DNA of 64,000 nt from Candidatus Butyricicoccus avicola (lineage in GTDB: Bacteria > Bacillota > Clostridia > Oscillospirales > Butyricicoccaceae), in assembly GCA_019119435.1 (NCBI GenBank), contig DWWZ01000154.1:4987-68986 (forward strand), in the 5' to 3' direction. The position numbers and the translations under genes are program-made. The notes below the pieces were generated by a model, which saw nothing but the letters and a program-made list of their open reading frames with translations, did no database searches and was not told the DNA's origin. Shown here in pieces: positions 41,447-50,186 of the stretch. Each line of letters opens with the position of its first letter. Within the stretch, counting starts at the first letter, position 1.

Positions 41447-41589
41447 GCGTTTTGCCGATTGTATTTCCCTTGCACTTTGGTATAATAGGGGCGGTTGGTG
41501 TAAGGTCCAACCGCCCCTTTTGGGATTGGGTCTGCGGGTTGCTTTGACGTGCTACCGCAGGCCCTTACTTATGCCTTGCCCTTGCTGTC
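41447..41589 (+). repeat. Copy 1 of ~143-bp direct repeat (promoter plus two hairpins; putative sRNA)
   Basis: Near-identical to 43166-43309; TTGTAT..TATAAT, GGGGCGGTTGG/CCAACCGCCCC, GGGTCTGCGG/CCGCAGGCCC. Confidence 0.9.
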
Positions 41590-41961
41590 GCGGACGATCT
41601 GCGCGGCCGCCCCGCGCTTTCTAAACCGGTGGGATGCCCGGGATACATCCCCAGCTTCTTGATTCGCCGCCTTCGGCAATCCAGCCCCCCTGCCCGCGCA
41701 TCCGCTATGCTTTTTCCATGGCACTTTTCTGTTCTTTTCGAGCTTCCCGATATTGAATCTTTTCCCATATCCTGTTATAATATTTAAAAAGTTATAGATT
41801 TCTGTATGCCTTTATGGTCAAATTTAACAAAATCGATTGAATTTTTTATAATCTGTAACCCTGCATAGCAAATTCCGCAGCGCATCCCCGTGCCGCAGGC
41901 TTTTGTCCGCGCCGCGGGGCGCAAAATAGATTCAGTTTCCAACAAAGTAGGAGGGATTGCC

Positions 41962-43071
41962 TTGAAAAAGCAAATCTTATGTGGTACTGCTGCAGCATTA
42001 TGCCTGCTCGCGGGGACGGCCAAGGCAGATGTGACAGCCGTTCGGAACAACAGCCAATTGAACGTGAACGACGAGTGGGGATATTACCTGGATGTCTATA
42101 ATATCGGGGGGGCCAACTATTACAAGTTACGTGATATTATCTGCATTATGAACGGATGGCATGTCCCGGTCGGTTTGGAATACAACCAGAGCGCAAACCG
42201 GATTGATATCATTACCGGTGGGACCTACCAGATTCTTGGGACGGAATTACAGGCAACCGGGCAAAAGGCAACAGCCACCGCGCGGGAATCTGATATCCAG
42301 GTGTATGTGGACGGAAAACGGATGTCATTTGACGCCTATGAGATTGACGGCAGCACCTACTTTAAGCTGCGTGATCTGGCCGGACCGATTGGATTTGACG
42401 TGCAATATGATGCGGCGCAAGGCCAAGTCGCAATATACCCGGATAACAACGGCTTCAAACTTTTAGAGTACATGAACGATACCTATGGGACAAACCTGAC
42501 GCCTGCCGATGCGCCCAAGGACACCACGCCGCAATTTGATACGACCACCAAGGGGATGGATATCAAGACGGCCCTAAACCAGGCGCCGCTGAACCCCAAA
42601 AAGACCAAACTCGACGATCTGAACCAGTTGATCGAACAGTTTATGGCCGAATATTTTACGCCGGATATGGACACCTACACCAAGGCAAAGGTGACATACG
42701 ACTATATTATCAAAAATATGACCTACGGGACTCCGGATTTTGCGTTCGACACTTCGCCGGAGGGCAACGCGGGCTATATGTTCTTGACCCATCGCGGTGT
42801 GTGCGACCATTATTCTGCGTTTTTTGCGGCGATCATGCGGTATGTTGGGCTGGATATGCATGTGGTCAATGGCTCGACCCATGCGGCAAGCGGCGGCATG
42901 ACAGGGCATACTTGGACAACCGCCAGGATCAATGGCCTAGATTATGTGTTCGACCCCCAGATTGATCAGAACATCGGCGGAAAAAGCAATCCTACCTACT
43001 ATCGCTTTGGCAAACCCTATAGCGAACTCCCGGGCAAGTATGAGCCGTATGCATATAACGATTTTGAATAA
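41962..43071 (+). CDS. Secreted protein with Cu-amine-oxidase-N-like (stalk) repeats and transglutaminase-like domain
   Basis: TTG start after GGAGG; signal peptide; two Y.I.G..YxKLRD repeats; GVCDHYS, HTW, DP triad. Confidence 0.8.
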   Translation: MKKQILCGTAAALCLLAGTAKADVTAVRNNSQLNVNDEWGYYLDVYNIGGANYYKLRDIICIMNGWHVPVGLEYNQSANRIDIITGGTYQILGTELQATGQKATATARESDIQVYVDGKRMSFDAYEIDGSTYFKLRDLAGPIGFDVQYDAAQGQVAIYPDNNGFKLLEYMNDTYGTNLTPADAPKDTTPQFDTTTKGMDIKTALNQAPLNPKKTKLDDLNQLIEQFMAEYFTPDMDTYTKAKVTYDYIIKNMTYGTPDFAFDTSPEGNAGYMFLTHRGVCDHYSAFFAAIMRYVGLDMHVVNGSTHAASGGMTGHTWTTARINGLDYVFDPQIDQNIGGKSNPTYYRFGKPYSELPGKYEPYAYNDFE

Positions 43072-43165
43072 TCGGACGGCCCGGCGAAGGGCGTTCCGCG
43101 TAGGAGGCTGTCTCCAGCAGGCGATTTCCCGCTGTGCCTATCCGCAGTAAGCCGTCCTGATTTTA

Positions 43166-43309
43166 GCGTTTTGCCAATTGTATTTCCCCTACAGGATGCT
43201 TTATAATAGGGGCAGTTGGTGTAAGGTCCAACCGCCCTTTTGGGATTGGGTCTGCGGGTTGCTTGCTACTGCTGCCGCAGGCCCTTACTTATGCCTTGCC
43301 CTTGCTGTC
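43166..43309 (+). repeat. Copy 2 of ~143-bp direct repeat
   Basis: Same promoter and stems as copy 1; differences mostly in the promoter spacer and hairpin-2 loop. Confidence 0.9.
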
Positions 43310-43387
43310 ATGGGCAGGCCGGGCGATGCATCTGGCCTGTGCGGCATGAAATCGACCCGAAAGACAAAAACGAGGAGGGTTTACCCG

Positions 43388-44824
43388 ATGAGAAAAAAAG
43401 TGCTTGCCTTTGCAGTTGCGGCAGTCCTATCCATAAACGCTGCCGGCGCAGCCTCGCTGGTGGTGGACGGCGCGCAGGTACAGGCCGATGTCCCGCCGAT
43501 GATCGTCGATGGCCGCACGCTGGTCCCTGTGCGTGCGCTCTTCGAGTCTCTGGGTGCGACCGTAGACTGGGACGATGCCACCCAAACCGTGACGGCCGCC
43601 AAGGAGGGTACTGTCATCTCCATGCAGATCGGCAGCACGGCCGCTTCTGTGAACGGCGCTGCTCAGGTATTGGATGTCCCCGCCCAGACCATCGAGGGTC
43701 GCACGATGGTTCCGGCGCGCTTTGCCGCAGAATCGCTGGGCGCGCGCGTGCTCTGGGACAACAAGACACAGTCTGCGTACATTATTACCCCAGAGCATAA
43801 GTCTCTGGTCGTGGAATATCTGGACGTTGGGCAGGCCGACAGTATGCTGCTGTCCAGCAATGGCGAATATATGCTCATTGACGCCGGCAACAACGAGGAC
43901 GGCGACGATGTAGTTGAGTACCTCAAGAATGCCGGCGTGCGCACGCTCAAGTATGTCGTCGGCACCCATCCCCACGAGGATCATATCGGCGGTATGGATG
44001 ATGTCATCAACGCCTTTGATGTGCAGAATGTCCTGCTGGCCGATGCGACCTCCAATACGCAGACCTATTCCGATGTGCTGACCGCACTGGAAAACAAGAG
44101 CCTGACTGCGGTTGTTCCCGAGGTGGGCGCGACGTTCCCGCTCGGCGATGCCAATGTCACTGTGCTCGCCGCGCAGCCTGCCGAGGATCTAAACAATACG
44201 TCCATCGTCCTGCGGGCGACCTACCAGAACACCTCTTTCCTGTTCATGGGTGACGCGGAAGCCGAGGTCGAGGAGGCGATCCTGCAATCCGGCGCTGACA
44301 TCCAGAGCAATGTGCTCAAGGTCGGTCATCACGGTTCGGATACTTCGACGACCAGCAGTTTCCTTTCGGCAGTTTCCCCGGATGCGGCGGTGATCTGCTG
44401 CGGCGCTGGCAACAGCTATGGCCATCCGTCTCAGGCGACGCTGGACAAGCTCGCAGGCATCCCGGTCTGGCGCACCGATCTCAATGGCACCATCTACGCC
44501 ATGACCGACGGCGAGACCTGCCGGATCACGGCAAACAAGAGCGTTTCGGCTGCCCCGACCAAACAGCCGGATGCCCTGACCGAATCCCCTGTCCCGTCAG
44601 CGCCCGAAACCGCCGCGCCCTCCGCCCCATCGGTTTCCACGCCGTCCGGGCCGGAAACGGTACCCTCAAATCCCGCCACCGAGACCCACGCCAACGTCTA
44701 TGTGACCAAAACCGGTAAGCGGTACCATTATGACAGCCATTGCAACGGCGGCACCTACTATCCCAGCACGCTCGCTGACGCGCTGGCGCGTGGGCTGACA
44801 CCGTGCAACAAATGTGTCAAGTAA
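43388..44824 (+). CDS. Secreted stalk-domain + ComEC-like MBL-fold hydrolase with C-terminal Cys/His metal-binding module
   Basis: Signal peptide; GRTLVPVR stalk repeats; LDVGQAD, THPHEDHIGG, GDAE, KVGHHGS, YGHP; VYVTKTGKRYH...C...PCNKC. Confidence 0.88.
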   Translation: MRKKVLAFAVAAVLSINAAGAASLVVDGAQVQADVPPMIVDGRTLVPVRALFESLGATVDWDDATQTVTAAKEGTVISMQIGSTAASVNGAAQVLDVPAQTIEGRTMVPARFAAESLGARVLWDNKTQSAYIITPEHKSLVVEYLDVGQADSMLLSSNGEYMLIDAGNNEDGDDVVEYLKNAGVRTLKYVVGTHPHEDHIGGMDDVINAFDVQNVLLADATSNTQTYSDVLTALENKSLTAVVPEVGATFPLGDANVTVLAAQPAEDLNNTSIVLRATYQNTSFLFMGDAEAEVEEAILQSGADIQSNVLKVGHHGSDTSTTSSFLSAVSPDAAVICCGAGNSYGHPSQATLDKLAGIPVWRTDLNGTIYAMTDGETCRITANKSVSAAPTKQPDALTESPVPSAPETAAPSAPSVSTPSGPETVPSNPATETHANVYVTKTGKRYHYDSHCNGGTYYPSTLADALARGLTPCNKCVK

Positions 44825-44864
44825 ACGGCTTGACAACTTCACAGAAAGCGGCTATACTGAAAAC

Positions 44865-44957
44865 ATAAAAAAGGGCGCGTTGCCGGTAGACGGTTATGCC
44901 CTCAAAATTTTTTGATCGAAATGACCGCTAAGTTTGAGAGGCTTGGGCGGTCATTTT
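44865..44957 (+). ncRNA. Putative type I antitoxin antisense RNA
   Basis: TTGACA(44830)-17-TATACT(44853); terminator AAATGACCGC/GCGGTCATTT overlapping the stop of the opposite-strand peptide. Confidence 0.7.
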
Positions 44958-45025
44958 GCGTATGTAACGAAAATGAGAGCAACCAGTGCTGTAAACAGCA
45001 TGATGCGCAAAATCTTCTCATACAC
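44951..45025 (-). CDS. Putative type I toxin (24-aa holin-like hydrophobic peptide)
   Basis: AGGGGGTG RBS, GTG start: MYEKILRIMLFTALVALIFVTYAK; own promoter TTGAAA(45180)-17-TATCCT(45157). Confidence 0.7.
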   Translation of the reverse strand: MYEKILRIMLFTALVALIFVTYAK

Positions 45026-45181
45026 CGCGTTCACCCCCTTCCGGGTTGGATTGGGGAGAACTTCACCTCCTTCCCTTGAAGGATGGAGGGCAAATAACCG
45101 CCTACCGCTGGCACGGCAGCGCGCTGAAAAATAATTTTTTTCCTGCTCAACAGGATATCACAATTTGGAATAAATTTCAAC

Positions 45182-45211
45182 AAAAGCCCTCGGTTTCAGC
45201 CGAGGGCTTTT
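45182..45211. terminator. Terminator
   Basis: AAAAGCCCTCGG/CCGAGGGCTTTT. Confidence 0.8.
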
Positions 45212-45300
45212 GCAGACAGGTGTCTCCCGCTCAGCGATTGATTGTGCCAATCGGGACATGCTGTCCATAGGGATGCCGCCCCACCCGAAGGACCTCAAGG

Positions 45301-46242
45301 TCATCCAGCATCCCCCATATACCTGGCGAGATATTCCTCCAATTTTTCCATATATTGCGCGTACATCCGGTTGTCGTTCTGCAACCCGTGCCCGGAGTGC
45401 GGGAATTCAAAATAGTCGTATGGCACATGGTTTGCTTCCAAGGCCGCGATAAGCGGTTGGACGCTCAAGATGGGGCACACTTTATCGTGCTTCCCATACG
45501 CCAAGAGGGCAGGCACAGAACGCTCGTCAATCCAGCGGTCGGCGGAGATCGGCTTGACGGTCTCCAGGTATTCCCCGGAGCGGATCATTTCCGGCGTGAT
45601 CGCCGTGCCGGACATCGTGCCAAACAGGTTTGCGGCCGCTTCCGGGTTTTTGTCCAGGCCATAGTTCGTCCAGTCCTCAAAATGAAAGCTGGCTGGGCCG
45701 ACCATCTCGAACACCATCTTGACCGGGATGGGGGCCGTACCGGCGTCCCGGTAGGCGTAGACCAGCGCCAGCGTGCCGCCCGCGCTGCCTCCGGCGACCG
45801 CCATCCGGTCCAGCGGATAGCCCAGCTCCTCGGCCGCGGCGACCACATGGGGCATCGCATTTTTCACGTCCATGGTCTGCGAATAGACACTTACCGTGGG
45901 ATTTTCCTGGCTAAACAAGGTGTAGTTGATGCCGGCGGTCACATACCCTTTGGCGCATAGCCATTTCAAAATACCTGCATCGCCGCGCTTGTCTCCACTG
46001 GTAAAGCCCCCAGCATGGAGATAGACGATCAGTCCATAGTGCTCCTTCGTATGCCCGGCAGGGACATACAAATCAAACCGATTTGCTTCCCCGTCCCCAT
46101 AGGCAAGGTCGGTGTAGACCGTCCCGACCGAATCGTCCCAATCCACGGTATACTTGCCGTGGAACGGGTCGGCTGTCATCTTGACCGCTGCGGACCCGAG
46201 GAATGCGGCGAGAAACGTCCCAACATAAATCAGCCCCCACAT
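45301..46242 (-). CDS. Alpha/beta hydrolase (esterase) with N-terminal membrane anchor
   Basis: HAGGF oxyanion motif, GGSAG nucleophile elbow, D and H near the C-terminus. Confidence 0.85.
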   Translation of the reverse strand: MWGLIYVGTFLAAFLGSAAVKMTADPFHGKYTVDWDDSVGTVYTDLAYGDGEANRFDLYVPAGHTKEHYGLIVYLHAGGFTSGDKRGDAGILKWLCAKGYVTAGINYTLFSQENPTVSVYSQTMDVKNAMPHVVAAAEELGYPLDRMAVAGGSAGGTLALVYAYRDAGTAPIPVKMVFEMVGPASFHFEDWTNYGLDKNPEAAANLFGTMSGTAITPEMIRSGEYLETVKPISADRWIDERSVPALLAYGKHDKVCPILSVQPLIAALEANHVPYDYFEFPHSGHGLQNDNRMYAQYMEKLEEYLARYMGDAG

Positions 46243-46268
46243 AAGCCTCCCCTTTCTTTTTGTCCGTT

Positions 46269-46403
46269 TCACAGGAAATTCCCTCCAAACAGCGTGCCGC
46301 CCAGCAGCAGGTTCATGGCGGCCCGGACAGCCAGACGCCCCAGCACAACGGCGGCGACGGCCACCGCCGCCAGGACGAGCAGCCGCTTCGGCAGGATCGG
46401 CAT
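46269..46403 (-). CDS. 44-aa hydrophobic peptide
   Basis: AAGGAGG RBS; MPILPKRLLVLAAVAVAAVVLGRLAVRAAMNLLLGGTLFGGNFL. Confidence 0.5.
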   Translation of the reverse strand: MPILPKRLLVLAAVAVAAVVLGRLAVRAAMNLLLGGTLFGGNFL

Positions 46404-46466
46404 GAGATCCCCTCCTTGACATTTTGTTGGGACGATTGTATCATAATGCATATCGATGGGTCAATC

Positions 46467-46485
46467 GTCTCATCAAAAATGAGAC
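46467..46485. promoter_or_regulatory. Putative TetR operator
   Basis: GTCTCAT-N5-ATGAGAC palindrome between divergent TetR and hydrolase genes. Confidence 0.55.
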
Positions 46486-46510
46486 AAACGGGGAGGATTT
46501 GTATCAGGCC

Positions 46511-47023
46511 ATGCGTGCAAGCAACCAGGAAAAGAACAGCTATGTCCGCCGCCAGATCCTGCATACGCTGCTGGAGATGATGCGCGAACAGGAATTCCAG
46601 GACATCGTCATCAGCAGGCTGACCGCGCGCGCCGGGGTCGGCCGGGCTTCTTTCTACCGGAACTTTACGGGCAAAGAAGACGTGCTGCGGCAGGAGGCCG
46701 ACCGCCTGGCAAGGGAATGGCAGCAGCAGTATGACCGGCAGGCGCACGCTGCGCCGTCCGAAGTGCTCGTCAGCCTGTTGGACTTTTACAAGGCCCATTC
46801 CGCCTTCTACCTCGCGCTATACCGGGCCGGGCTGTCCGAGATCGTGCTGGGCACCCTTTTGGAGCAGGCAGAGGTCTCGCCCGACCTTCCAAACGCCGTG
46901 GCATACCTGCGCGCTTCGGTCGCCTATATGATATTTGGCTGGGTCGTCGAGTGGATGAAGCGGGGCATGCCGGAAAGCGGCACCGAATTGGCAAAAATGA
47001 TCGCAGACGCACAGGCGCGATGA
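46511..47023 (+). CDS. TetR/AcrR family regulator
   Basis: ISRLTARAGVGRASFYRNF HTH; EWMKRGMPES C-terminus. Confidence 0.9.
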   Translation: MRASNQEKNSYVRRQILHTLLEMMREQEFQDIVISRLTARAGVGRASFYRNFTGKEDVLRQEADRLAREWQQQYDRQAHAAPSEVLVSLLDFYKAHSAFYLALYRAGLSEIVLGTLLEQAEVSPDLPNAVAYLRASVAYMIFGWVVEWMKRGMPESGTELAKMIADAQAR

Positions 47024-47099
47024 TGCGTGGCCGGCCGCAGCGGACGCGCCGCTGCGCCAGCCGGGCCGCACAGGCCAATCGGAAAGGAGAGCTGCCCAA

Positions 47100-47642
47100 A
47101 TGGCAAAGATCAAGTCCATCCTTTTTGCAGCCGGGATCCTGCTGCTCATCGGGGCGGCCGCCTGCCTCTATCTGGGCCTGCGCGGCCTCGCCGGGGTGCG
47201 GCCCGCGGCCGCCTACGTTGACCAGGGCGTGCACACCTTTGTGCCAAGCGCGGTTTACCCGGTCCAGGTGGAAAACCACGCCACCGGGCGGGACAAGCGC
47301 AACCACCCCACCCGGACCGTCTACATGGTCGCCTACCGCGCCACGGACGGCAGCGGCTATACCTATCGGTCTGCGGCCGGTGCGGCCGAGCAGACCGCCC
47401 GGCAGATCGTAGCGGCCGGCGAGCCGGTCACGCGGCGGGTGCTGTCCGTCCCGCAGGACGGCGTCTCTGTCACGGTGGAGGCCGACCAGACGGCGCAGTC
47501 CTATGTGGCCGGGCAGCGGAAAACCTATGGCGCCATGGCCGGGGCCTCGCTGGCATACCTGCTGATATGGGCCGCCGTCCATGTGGGCGTGGCCTATCGA
47601 AGACGCCGGCAGGGCCGGCACAGCAAACGAACAGGAGAATGA
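47100..47642 (+). CDS. Hypothetical membrane protein (2 TM)
   Basis: AAGGAG RBS; hydrophobic segments at both ends; overlaps next start. Confidence 0.65.
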   Translation: MAKIKSILFAAGILLLIGAAACLYLGLRGLAGVRPAAAYVDQGVHTFVPSAVYPVQVENHATGRDKRNHPTRTVYMVAYRATDGSGYTYRSAAGAAEQTARQIVAAGEPVTRRVLSVPQDGVSVTVEADQTAQSYVAGQRKTYGAMAGASLAYLLIWAAVHVGVAYRRRRQGRHSKRTGE

Positions 47643-48475
47643 CAATGCAATCGATCTTACTGATTGGACAATCCAATATGGCCGGGCGCGGCTTCCTGCA
47701 CCAGGTCACGCCCATCTGCGACGAGCGGATCTGGATGCTGCGCAACGGCAGATGGCAGATGATGGCCGAGCCCATCCATTTCGACCGGTCGGTCGCCGGG
47801 GTCGGGCCGGCGGCCTCCTTTGCGCAGGCGTGGTGCGCGGCGCATGCGGGCGAGCAAATCGGGCTGATCCCCTGCGCTGAGGGCGGCAGCTCGATCGACG
47901 CGTGGAGCCCCGACGGCATCCTATTCCGCCATGCCGTCAGCGAGGCGCGATATGCCATGGATCAGAGCACGCTGATCGCGGCCTTATGGCACCAGGGGGA
48001 AAGCGACAGCTACGGCGGGCGATACCGGCAGTATGCGCAAAAATTGGACGGCATCGTCCGTGGGCTGCGCCAGGCGCTGGGGACGCCCGACCTCCCGTTC
48101 CTGATCGGCGGGCTTGGCGACTACCTGGGAAAGTCCGGGTTCGGCCTGGGCTGCGTGGAATATGCGCAGATCAATCAGGCGGCCATGCGCTATGCCACGC
48201 AGGCAGAAAACTGCTATTTTGTGACCGGGGAATCGCTGTATCCCAATCCCGACGGCATCCACATCAACGCCGAATCCCAAAGGCGGTTCGGCCTGCGGTA
48301 CTTTGCCGCCTACCAGTCCCGGTCCCATGTGACCGCGCCGCTGCCGGAGGAAGCGCAGACGGTCCAGGCGCTTTCCGCCCGGGCACACACGCCGGCAGAG
48401 CAGCAATACCTTGCGCTCGAACAATTTACACGCGGGGAGATGTCCTGGGAGGCCGTACAGGCCTACCTTCGGTAA
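47639..48475 (+). CDS. Sialate O-acetylesterase / CE6-type SGNH esterase
   Basis: LIGQSNMAGRG, PCAEGGS, WHQGESD, DGIH. Confidence 0.88.
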   Translation: MTMQSILLIGQSNMAGRGFLHQVTPICDERIWMLRNGRWQMMAEPIHFDRSVAGVGPAASFAQAWCAAHAGEQIGLIPCAEGGSSIDAWSPDGILFRHAVSEARYAMDQSTLIAALWHQGESDSYGGRYRQYAQKLDGIVRGLRQALGTPDLPFLIGGLGDYLGKSGFGLGCVEYAQINQAAMRYATQAENCYFVTGESLYPNPDGIHINAESQRRFGLRYFAAYQSRSHVTAPLPEEAQTVQALSARAHTPAEQQYLALEQFTRGEMSWEAVQAYLR

Positions 48476-48559
48476 TCCCCCGCCCCAAACCAGGCCCCCG
48501 GAGCCCTTGCGCCCCGGGGGCTTTTCTTGTCCGGGCGGCCCGCAGGTATCACGCCCGCG

Positions 48560-48979
48560 TCACAGTGCCTTTTCCATCCAGATATGCGGGCAATGCTCCT
48601 CCAGCTCGACGGCGCCGTAGGCCGTGTAACCCAGCTTCTCATAAAACGGCCGGGCCTGCACCTGAGCATGCAGGGCGATGCGGCGGCCCTGCCGCTGCCG
48701 CACAGCCCGCTCGGCGGCGCGCAGCAGCGCGGCCCCGACGCCCTTCCCGCGATAGGCCTTGACCACCGCGATGCGTCCGACGAGATAGGTATCGCACCCC
48801 GGCGCCCGGTAAAAGCGGCCGGCCGCGATGGGAACCTCCCGGTCGCACAGCACCAGATGGCTTGCGCGCGGGTCAATCTCGTCAAACTCATCCCGGAAGC
48901 CCTGCTCGTCCATAAAGACCGCCCGGCGGATGGCTGCGGCCTGCGGCGGCAGCCCGTCGTCGTATAAATATACCTGCAT
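48560..48979 (-). CDS. GNAT acetyltransferase (ElaA/YjcF-like)
   Basis: IRRAVFMDEQG..DEFD, GRIAV...RGKGVG, AQ..A.PFYEKLGY. Confidence 0.88.
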   Translation of the reverse strand: MQVYLYDDGLPPQAAAIRRAVFMDEQGFRDEFDEIDPRASHLVLCDREVPIAAGRFYRAPGCDTYLVGRIAVVKAYRGKGVGAALLRAAERAVRQRQGRRIALHAQVQARPFYEKLGYTAYGAVELEEHCPHIWMEKAL

Positions 48980-49288
48980 GGAACATCTTCCTCCTTCACA
49001 AGAAACCAAAAAGGCATCCAAAAGCCAACCTTATAGCGCAGGCTGCGCCGTACCTACGGTTTGCTTTTGCATGCCTTTTGGGCGGCACGATCCGGTGACC
49101 GGCCGCCAGCATGATCTATTTTTTTCTGATTATACCAGGCCATGCGGCGGAAGTCAACCGCCTTAGGGGCCGCCCCATCGCCCGCGCGGGCCTGTGACAA
49201 GGGCTGTGCAGAAAAACAGGAGATATCGCGCACACTTCCGGGACGCTTTCTATGCTATACTGAAACCAGAAGGATAGGAGATGATACC

Positions 49289-50186
49289 ATGCTGCTGTTC
49301 AGCGAATACCTGCGCGAGCTTTTGCAGGCCAAGGGCATGACCGTTTCGGCGCTGTCCCGGCTGGCCGGCGTCGAGCGGACCGCGCTGTCCAAGGCCCTGG
49401 CCGGACAGCGCGTGCTGCCCTACGACGCCCTGGACGAGCTGATCTACCACCTGCGGCTGACGCCCGGCGAGGAGGAGCGCCTGCGCACCTATTACGACGC
49501 GCAATTTGAAAAGGAGGGCATCCGGCGCGCCCGCGAGCGGGTGGGGCGGCTGTTCTCCGACCTGGCCGAGCTGGACTTCTCGGCGCCGGCCTTTGAGGAG
49601 ACCCGGCTGCTGATGAACCTGGCGCAGTACGCCGGGACGCGGGCCATCTATGCCGGCGTGACCAACGTGCAGCCGCTTTTGCGCATCGTGCTGACCGAAG
49701 AGCTGTCCCACCCGAATGCCCGGATCGAGCTGACCGTGCCCCCGACCGACACCTTTTTGGGCGATGAGCTGCTGCGCCGCTATCTCGGCGGCCAGATCAC
49801 CGCCGAGGTCAGCCAGATCATTGCCTTTGACGCCTCGGGCTCGGCCGAGGACAGCAACCTGCACAACCTCTCGTGCTTTTGCCGCATCTTCCCCATGTGC
49901 CTGCTGTCCCGGCGGCACTACCACCCCTATTACTACTACGCCGACGGCGCGGCCGCGCGCTACACCGATCCCTTCCCCTATTTCCTCGTCACCCACTCGT
50001 GCGTGGTCTGTCTGTCGGACGACGGCGGGCGCGCAATGCTGCTGCGCGGCGAGGACCAGGTCGCGTGCTACCACCGGCACTTCCAGGCGCTGCGCGCCCA
50101 GTGCTACAGCCTCATCCAGTACACGTCCGACCCGGTCGAGGTGCTGACCGTCTACGACGGCTGCACCGAGAAGGACGGCTTTTACC
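49289..50186 (+). pseudogene. XRE-HTH regulator-like protein, 3'-truncated (frame runs on to 50401 as apparent junk)
   Basis: FSEYLRELL...LSRLAGVERTALSK...G.R HTH; sequence degrades after EKDGFY where another frame takes over. Confidence 0.6.

Noticed and set aside
41565-41768. 67-aa minus-strand ORF in the island
   Set aside because: No convincing RBS or motif; probably a chance frame over the repeat module.
41447-43309. Direct repeats as a CRISPR array
   Set aside because: Only two long copies 1.7 kb apart, no repeat-spacer periodicity and no cas genes.
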